Assembly (NCBI GenBank): GCA_964626315.1
Contig: CAZVDS010000001.1
Coordinates: forward strand, 1 to 43,566
DNA from: an uncultured Desulfurellaceae bacterium
GTDB taxonomy: Bacteria > Campylobacterota_A > Desulfurellia > JAGGSF01
Direction of reading: 5' to 3'
Length of the DNA: 43,566 bases
Both the position numbers and the translations under genes were made by a program. The notes beneath the pieces were generated by a model, which searched no databases, was not told the DNA's origin, and saw only the letters and a list, made by a program, of their open reading frames with translations. Positions 37,841 through 43,566 of this stretch are shown here, piece by piece (within the stretch, counting starts at the first letter, position 1; each line of letters starts with the position of its first letter).

Positions 37841-38755
37841 TCAGAAGTTGAATTCTTCTATTATATTTACAATTCGTGCAGGGGAAGTTTCTTTTTCTGT
37901 TTTATTCACTAAGCACAAGACATCGGGATTTTCAATCAGTTTTTTTATAATTTTATGATTCAATGTATGTCCTGATCTGTAAGCGATAAATCTTCCTCTT
38001 ATGTCATACCACAGAGGAGATATATCCCCTATCGCATCTAAAATTTTATGTCTTACAAATTCATCTTTATATCGTAGACCATCTTCATTAAGTATCTTAT
38101 ATTCATTTACAACTATAGCATTATCCAATGAACCACCCAACGCTAAATTATGAGATTGAAGATATTCAACATCTTTTAAGAAACCAAATGTTCTTGCTCC
38201 ACCAATCTCATTTGTAAATGTTTTTTCATTGATATTGATATTCATCTTTTGTCTACCAATGATAGGATGATCAAACTTTATGGCATAGTTAATCTTAAAA
38301 CTTCTATCAGGCACCATAGCCACAAATTTTCCATTTTCTTTTATATAAATTGCTTTTTTTAATATGAGTGTAGGTTTAGGCTTAGTTTGTTTAATAATTC
38401 CTGCATTTTTTATAACATAGATAAATGAAGAAGCGCTACCGTCCATAATAGGCACTTCTTCATTGTTGATTTCTATCAATACATTATCTATTTTAAAAGC
38501 CCATAGTGTGGCCACTAAGTGCTCTACTGTTTTTACAATTACGCCATTTTCGCCTATTGTAGTTGACAGTTTAGTGTTAATTACATTACTGGGTTTAAGT
38601 TTTATTGGTTCAGTATGAGGAATATCTGTTCTTAAGAATTGTATACCACTGTTTTCTTCAGCAGGCTTTAATCTCATATTGACCTTTTTACCACAATGGA
38701 GACCAATGCCTGTAATTTCTACTTCATGTCTTATAGTTTGTTGTTTTCTCATCAT
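37841..38755 (-). CDS. lpxC: UDP-3-O-acyl-N-acetylglucosamine deacetylase
   Basis: GIGLHCG, KTVEHL, PIMDGSA, ARTFGF, FVRHKILDAIGD and GHTLNHK. Confidence 0.95.
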   Translation of the reverse strand: MMRKQQTIRHEVEITGIGLHCGKKVNMRLKPAEENSGIQFLRTDIPHTEPIKLKPSNVINTKLSTTIGENGVIVKTVEHLVATLWAFKIDNVLIEINNEEVPIMDGSASSFIYVIKNAGIIKQTKPKPTLILKKAIYIKENGKFVAMVPDRSFKINYAIKFDHPIIGRQKMNININEKTFTNEIGGARTFGFLKDVEYLQSHNLALGGSLDNAIVVNEYKILNEDGLRYKDEFVRHKILDAIGDISPLWYDIRGRFIAYRSGHTLNHKIIKKLIENPDVLCLVNKTEKETSPARIVNIIEEFNF

Positions 38756-38765
38756 TTTTACCTCT

Positions 38766-39881
38766 TTAAATCATGGCATAAAACATATTAAACAATATTT
38801 GTGCATCGTGTGGACCGGGAGAGTTCTCGGGATGATATTGAACGGAAAATATAGGCAGGTCTTTATGTCTCATTCCTTCTACCGTTCCGTCATTCAAATT
38901 TATATGCGTAATCTCAAATCCCTTGCCTGTAGCATCTTTTCCATCTACTGCATAGTTATGATTTTGAGCGGTTATATCTATTTTGCCCGTTTTTATATTT
39001 TTTACAGGTTGATTGCCTCCGTGATGACCGAATTTCATCTTAAATATCTTTATATCAAAAATGCGAGCGATAATCTGGTGCCCAAAACATATACCCATTG
39101 TAGGGAGATCTAACACCAATTTTCTTAAATTTTCAATATGATTGTGGTCAATATTACGAGGGTCTCCAGGCCCATTGGATAAAAATATTGCGTCTATTTT
39201 TTGTTTTTCTATCTCTTCTGTTTTTGTATATAGAGGAAATACATACACATCAAACCCTATTTCCCACAGATGTCTTAATATGTTTCTCTTTACACCAAAA
39301 TCGCATACAGCTAATTTTTTTCTTTTTTTAATGTTTGATGTCTTTTTAAATCCTTTATATGCTGTCCATAAACCCTCTTCCCATCTGTAGGGTTTTTTGC
39401 AAGTTACATATTGAACCATATCTCTTCCTGAAATATCTGGATATGCCTCTAATGTTTTAATCAAGTTTTTTATGTTATTTGTTTCACTGGATATTATACC
39501 TTTTAAAGAACCATAGTTTCTTAAGATTTTAGTAAGTTTTCTGGTGTCTATATCACTAATTCCCACAACATTATGAGATTTAAGAAAATCACCAAGTGTA
39601 TTTTTTGAACGGAAATTGGACGGGTTTTTCCAGTTTTCTTTAACTATAAAACCTTCTGCCCATATCTTTGATGATTCAATGTCTTCTTCATTTATGCCAT
39701 AATTTCCAATCTCGGGATATGTCATGGCAATGATTTGTCCTTTATAAGAGGGATCGGTAAGTATTTCCTGATAACCGGTCATACTGGTATTGAATATAAC
39801 CTCACCTATTGTTGTCCCTTTTTTACCCAATGGTTTTCCTTCCCACACCTCTTTATTTTCTAAGACAAGCAGTGCTTTCAT
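38766..39881 (-). CDS. carA: carbamoyl-phosphate synthase small (glutaminase) subunit
   Basis: N-domain FNTSMTGYQEILTDPSY, and GATase catalytic GICFGHQ and FSVQYHPE. Confidence 0.95.
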   Translation of the reverse strand: MKALLVLENKEVWEGKPLGKKGTTIGEVIFNTSMTGYQEILTDPSYKGQIIAMTYPEIGNYGINEEDIESSKIWAEGFIVKENWKNPSNFRSKNTLGDFLKSHNVVGISDIDTRKLTKILRNYGSLKGIISSETNNIKNLIKTLEAYPDISGRDMVQYVTCKKPYRWEEGLWTAYKGFKKTSNIKKRKKLAVCDFGVKRNILRHLWEIGFDVYVFPLYTKTEEIEKQKIDAIFLSNGPGDPRNIDHNHIENLRKLVLDLPTMGICFGHQIIARIFDIKIFKMKFGHHGGNQPVKNIKTGKIDITAQNHNYAVDGKDATGKGFEITHINLNDGTVEGMRHKDLPIFSVQYHPENSPGPHDAQILFNMFYAMI

Positions 39882-39882
39882 T

Positions 39883-40155
39883 TTATAAAATTTTCCTGTT
39901 TATTTCCATTTCAAATAGCTTATTGTATGTTACTTCCCATTCTGTGCTACCAGGCACAAGTTTTTTCATCTGTCCTATTTTTTTTATAACTATTTCATGT
40001 ACTTCATCTTCTATGGAAAAATAACTTTTTATAATTTGGTCAACACTCTCTCTTATGATGTTTTCTCCCACTAAATACGAACAGGCATCTTGTTGTTTGA
40101 GTGTTTCTACAATCATTCTAGATAATTTCCTTATTCTATCCTTACTATATTTCAC
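39883..40155 (-). CDS. DUF507-like small protein (paralog B)
   Basis: 90 aa. I.KLSRMIVETL near the N-terminus, and EDEV...V.KKI......VPGSTEWEVTYNKLFE near the C-terminus. This matches my memory of the DUF507 consensus (..GS.EW..LY.KYYEEE). Not HMM-checked. Confidence 0.6.
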   Translation of the reverse strand: MKYSKDRIRKLSRMIVETLKQQDACSYLVGENIIRESVDQIIKSYFSIEDEVHEIVIKKIGQMKKLVPGSTEWEVTYNKLFEMEINRKIL

Positions 40156-40433
40156 AATATAAAGTTTTCTTTTTTTGCTATTTTTCTTTTAGCCATAATA
40201 AACAATTTTGATTGGTTCACCCTCTCGTCTTCAATCTGTTCCTTAAATTGTTTTAGTAGTTTTTTTGTTTCCTCTTCTATTTCTCTTTCTTTATCTGCAT
40301 CTTCTTTTAACACTTGGGCAACAATTTCCTTTATTACAGACCTTTCCTTTTTTAAATGAACAAACCCTGCTCTTATCAATCTGTTTACTATCTTATCTGC
40401 TATAAAATCTATTTCTCTTGCTTTCAATATCAT
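40152..40433 (-). CDS. DUF507-like small protein (paralog A)
   Basis: Same length and pattern as paralog B (IDFIADKIVNRL..., acidic EREIEEETKKLL, ...SKLFIMAKRKI). I chose ATG 40433 because it forms an ATGA overlap with the plsY stop. The ORF-track start at 40559 would lie 130 nt inside plsY. Confidence 0.55.
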   Translation of the reverse strand: MILKAREIDFIADKIVNRLIRAGFVHLKKERSVIKEIVAQVLKEDADKEREIEEETKKLLKQFKEQIEDERVNQSKLFIMAKRKIAKKENFIL

Positions 40434-41008
40434 GGCTGCAATCTCTTTTCCTCTTTTATTGCCAGTCTTTTTATATTGGGAATATGTTTGAAACACATAA
40501 GTGCCCATAGAAAAACTATGGTATAATTTATTATGATTGTTGCTGGATAAAAAAACCATACCAGAATAGATGTTGCAGTATAAGAAATTAGTGCGCTAAG
40601 TGATGAAAAACGAGACAACAAAAAGATAGCTATCCATAATAGAAGACCTATAACTGCGGCTAGGGGTACTGCAACGAGGGAAGCTCCATAGGTTGTAGCT
40701 ACACCTTTTCCTCCTTTGAATTTTAAAAGTATAGAAAAATCATGTCCCAAAACGGTGGCGACGAGACTGATAAATAAAGCCTGTGGTATAAAGATAGATG
40801 TTAAAAAAACAGCACATGCACCTTTTAACATATCTAATATGAGCACTACAAGACCCTCTTTTTTTCCTACAGAGCGAAAAATATTGGTAGCGCCAATATT
40901 TCCACTGCCCAAATTTCTGATATCAACACCCCTTTTTTTGGCAATAATAAAACCAAACGGTATGCTTCCAATAATGTAAGAACATAAAAAAACGAGTAAG
41001 AAATTCAC
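40430..41008 (-). CDS. plsY: glycerol-3-phosphate acyltransferase PlsY
   Basis: YIIGSIPFGFIIAK, GSGNIGATN and FKGGKGVAT. Polytopic, 192 aa. Confidence 0.9.
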   Translation of the reverse strand: MNFLLVFLCSYIIGSIPFGFIIAKKRGVDIRNLGSGNIGATNIFRSVGKKEGLVVLILDMLKGACAVFLTSIFIPQALFISLVATVLGHDFSILLKFKGGKGVATTYGASLVAVPLAAVIGLLLWIAIFLLSRFSSLSALISYTATSILVWFFYPATIIINYTIVFLWALMCFKHIPNIKRLAIKEEKRLQP

Positions 41009-42084
41009 TTTTTCTCCTTTTTGCGCAAGCCTTTTCTTATGAATGTGGGTATATCCAGCTTATCTTCAAATGTTTCTGTAGCCACCTTTTTTTCTATATT
41101 TTCTATACGGCTTTTCTTCAATCTATAGATAGGCATTTTCTTTCCTTCAAATCCTGTAGCAATGATGGTAACTCTTATCTTATCGTTCATTGAATTGTTA
41201 ATGATTACGCCGAATTTAAAGTTTACACCTTCAGTTATTACCTCTTCTGCAGTAGTGGTTATTTCTTTTAATTCATGTAGTCCAAATGTTTCACTGGCAG
41301 TGATATTCATTAGAATGCCCTTAGCTTCTTCAATACTTACATCATCTAATAGGGGATTGGAGATGGCTGCTTCTGCGGCAATTTTAGCTCTATTTTCCCC
41401 CGATGATTCTCCTACACCCATCAGTGCCCTACCCTTTTCGGACATGACTGTTCTTATATCAGCAAAATCAGGATTCACCAAGCCGGGCATATTTACTAAA
41501 TCAGTAACACCTTGGACTGCTTGTCTTAAAACATCGTCCACCATCTTAAATGCTTCTAATAATGAGGTTTCTTTACTGGCAATCTCAAATAATTTTTGAT
41601 TGGGAATGATGATGATACTGTCCACAATTTCTCCTAATTCTTCAATACCTTGTTCTGCTACTTTTATCCTTTGTCTTCCCTCAAAATCAAATGGTTTTGT
41701 CACCACTCCAACCGTTAACATTCCATTGTCTTTAGCCAACTTGGCGATTATAGGAGAAGCACCGGTGCCTGTGCCTCCACCCATACCAGCAGTTATAAAT
41801 AACATATCTGCATCTTTAATGTTTTGTTTTAAATCTTCTATGTCTTCTAAGGCTGCATTTTTCCCTGCCTCTGGATCAGAACCCGCACCTAAGCCATGAG
41901 TGAGATTTTTTCCTATCTGCACCTTTGTAGAGGCAATAGATGTAGAAAGAACTTGTGCATCTGTATTTACAGCGATAAAATCTACATCTTTTAAACCTGC
42001 TTCTATCATGTTGTTAATGGCATTGCCGCCTCCGCCGCCTACACCCACAACTTTTATTATGGCACCTTTTTCTTCATCATTCAT
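41005..42084 (-). CDS. ftsZ: cell division GTPase FtsZ
   Basis: IKVVGVGGGGGNAIN, tubulin signature GMGGGTGTGASP, NTDAQ, and the C-terminal conserved peptide DIPTFIRK. Confidence 0.97.
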   Translation of the reverse strand: MNDEEKGAIIKVVGVGGGGGNAINNMIEAGLKDVDFIAVNTDAQVLSTSIASTKVQIGKNLTHGLGAGSDPEAGKNAALEDIEDLKQNIKDADMLFITAGMGGGTGTGASPIIAKLAKDNGMLTVGVVTKPFDFEGRQRIKVAEQGIEELGEIVDSIIIIPNQKLFEIASKETSLLEAFKMVDDVLRQAVQGVTDLVNMPGLVNPDFADIRTVMSEKGRALMGVGESSGENRAKIAAEAAISNPLLDDVSIEEAKGILMNITASETFGLHELKEITTTAEEVITEGVNFKFGVIINNSMNDKIRVTIIATGFEGKKMPIYRLKKSRIENIEKKVATETFEDKLDIPTFIRKGLRKKEKK

Positions 42085-43331
42085 CAGAATGACTCCTTTA
42101 GCCAGTTTTTGATTTGATTAAATATCTTACCCAACTGATTTTTTATACTTTTATTATTATAACTCTCACTCTTATAAGTAAAACGATTTTCCTTTTCCAG
42201 TCCGCTCATTGTTAAACCCACAGCGGCAGAGTAAGATGGATTATCCACTGCTTCTTTAAGACCATCAATATTATAGGGTTTGCCAATCCTTACTGGTAGA
42301 TTGAATATCTCCTCTGCTATTTCAGTAAAGCCTATAAGTTGAGAAGAACCACCGGTGAGTACTACCCCTGCTCCTAATCCGTAGTTACCTGACTTTTTTA
42401 GCTCTTCTTTGATCATTAGGCATATTTCTTCTACTCTTGCCTCTACAATTTTTGTCAATAGATGTTGAGAGATAATGCGTGAGCTATCTTTACCTATGGT
42501 ATGTATCTCTATTTTTTGTTCTTTTTCTAAAAGTGATGGATAAGCACATCCGTATCTGAGTTTAATTTGTTCGGCATCTTTTAATGAAGTTCTTAACCCT
42601 AAAGCTATATCATTGGTTATGTATGAGCCGCCTATGTTCAATGAAGAAGTATATTTTATGCTTCCATTGTTAAATATTGCAATATTTGTTGTTTTACCAC
42701 CTACATCTACTAAAGCCACGCCTAATTCTGTTTCTTCTGGATAAAGAGCAGATCTGCCACAAGCAATAGATTTTAGAATTATATCTTTTACCTTTAAACT
42801 ACTTTCTTGACAGCTCTTTATTATATTTTGGACACATGCTACCAGTCCTGTAATTATATACACTTTTGCTTCTAATCGCATGCCCATTATACCCAAAGGA
42901 TCCTTTATGCCTTCTTGACCATCTACGATAAATTCCTGGGGTATTATGTGAAGGATATATCTCTCGGGTGAGGTGATTACTGTCTTTGATCCATCAATTA
43001 CTCTATTTATGTCGGCAGTAGATATCTCTCTGTTTTTAATCGCCGCTACACTGCTGCTGTTTAATGCTTTGATATGATTGCCATCAATACCTACATAGAC
43101 CTCATTTATTTTAGTGCCTGACATTCTTTCTGCTTGATGCACAGCGTCTTCGATGGATCCAATCATTTGATCCATATTTATTATTACACCGTTTTTCAGA
43201 GCTTGAGATTCTTTTCTACCAATGCCGGTAACCTTAAGACTTCCTTCTTTAGTTTGTTCTCCTACCACGGTGCATACCTTTGTTGTTCCAACATCTAATC
43301 CTACTACTGATTTATTCTTCCTTTTTTCCAT
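42084..43331 (-). CDS. ftsA: cell division protein FtsA
   Basis: Actin-fold motifs VGLDVGTTKV, DVGGKTTNIA and LTGGSSQL. C-terminal amphipathic helix GKIFNQIKNWLKESF. Confidence 0.95.
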   Translation of the reverse strand: MEKRKNKSVVGLDVGTTKVCTVVGEQTKEGSLKVTGIGRKESQALKNGVIINMDQMIGSIEDAVHQAERMSGTKINEVYVGIDGNHIKALNSSSVAAIKNREISTADINRVIDGSKTVITSPERYILHIIPQEFIVDGQEGIKDPLGIMGMRLEAKVYIITGLVACVQNIIKSCQESSLKVKDIILKSIACGRSALYPEETELGVALVDVGGKTTNIAIFNNGSIKYTSSLNIGGSYITNDIALGLRTSLKDAEQIKLRYGCAYPSLLEKEQKIEIHTIGKDSSRIISQHLLTKIVEARVEEICLMIKEELKKSGNYGLGAGVVLTGGSSQLIGFTEIAEEIFNLPVRIGKPYNIDGLKEAVDNPSYSAAVGLTMSGLEKENRFTYKSESYNNKSIKNQLGKIFNQIKNWLKESF

Positions 43332-43566
43332 TTTATTACTATTACCTTTTTATAGCAGGCATCTACTAAATAAATGTTATTCTTCTTTGTTACTAAATTA
43401 TTCCATACTTTATTTAAATTATCAATGTATATCTTGTTATTATGAGAAGGGTCGAAGGCAATATCTATGCCACAATGCATATTCACAACCATATAGTGAT
43501 TGGAAAGAAGTTTCACATAACTGATATTTTCTAATTTATTTTTTATATATTTACATTGTTCATAGA
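43304..43566 (-). CDS. ftsQ: FtsQ-like cell division protein, C-terminal fragment (5' end outside window)
   Basis: The frame stays open from the window edge to a stop at 43304 and overlaps the ftsA start by 28 nt. The GTG at 43516 in the ORF track is probably internal. Called by position upstream of ftsA, not by motif. Confidence 0.55.
   Translation of the reverse strand, partial: YEQCKYIKNKLENISYVKLLSNHYMVVNMHCGIDIAFDPSHNNKIYIDNLNKVWNNLVTKKNNIYLVDACYKKVIVIKWKKGRINQ

Noticed and set aside
40434-40559. 42-codon N-terminal extension of the first DUF507-like ORF.
   Set aside because: It would overlap plsY by 130 nt. Paralog B shows the family unit is about 90 aa, and ATG 40433 makes a canonical ATGA junction with the plsY stop.
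41162-41899. 145-aa and 99-aa plus-strand ORFs, and similar ORFs of 60-143 aa elsewhere (e.g. 383-757, 18230-18640, 36741-37172).
   Set aside because: All are antisense to genes with unambiguous family motifs (ftsZ, queA, murD, dxs). Their compositions are shadow-frame-like, and there is no independent evidence that they are coding.

Overview
This is a core-genome window from an AT-rich (roughly one-third G+C by eye, not computed), very tightly packed diderm bacterium. I cannot assign a taxon from the sequence alone. Left to right: the 3' end of an rRNA operon (23S tail and 5S); queA; rpoD with a tRNA-Ala/tRNA-Phe pair. A minus-strand chain follows: purD-purE-orphan ABC ATPase-M24 peptidase-J-domain protein-DUF77-methyltransferase-hpf-ptsN-rapZ-pyrB. 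The proximal dcw cluster (mraZ to murG) comes next, then parAB, an ArsB/NhaD-type permease with a USP-like gene, and an F-ATPase cluster (b', b, delta, alpha, gamma, beta, epsilon). That cluster runs without gaps into tolQRAB-pal-cpoB and dxs. On the minus strand the distal dcw genes ftsQ(partial)-ftsA-ftsZ continue into plsY, two tandem DUF507-like genes, carA, lpxC and a methyltransferase. Product calls rest on hallmark motifs read from the ORF translations, with no searches run. I found no CRISPR array, mobile element, toxin-antitoxin pair or recognisable defence locus, and unannotated space totals only a few hundred bp. So I see no convincing novel multi-gene system. The points most worth follow-up are: (1) rsmH, whose conserved N-terminal motif lies upstream of any canonical start codon; (2) three GTGGG direct repeats at the mraZ start; (3) perfect palindromes in the purD/mraZ and murG/parA intergenic regions, plus a parA with no Shine-Dalgarno; (4) the atp-tol-pal-dxs fusion; (5) the tandem DUF507-like pair between ftsZ-plsY and carA-lpxC; (6) a permease with an N-terminal beta-sandwich-like domain paired with a USP gene.
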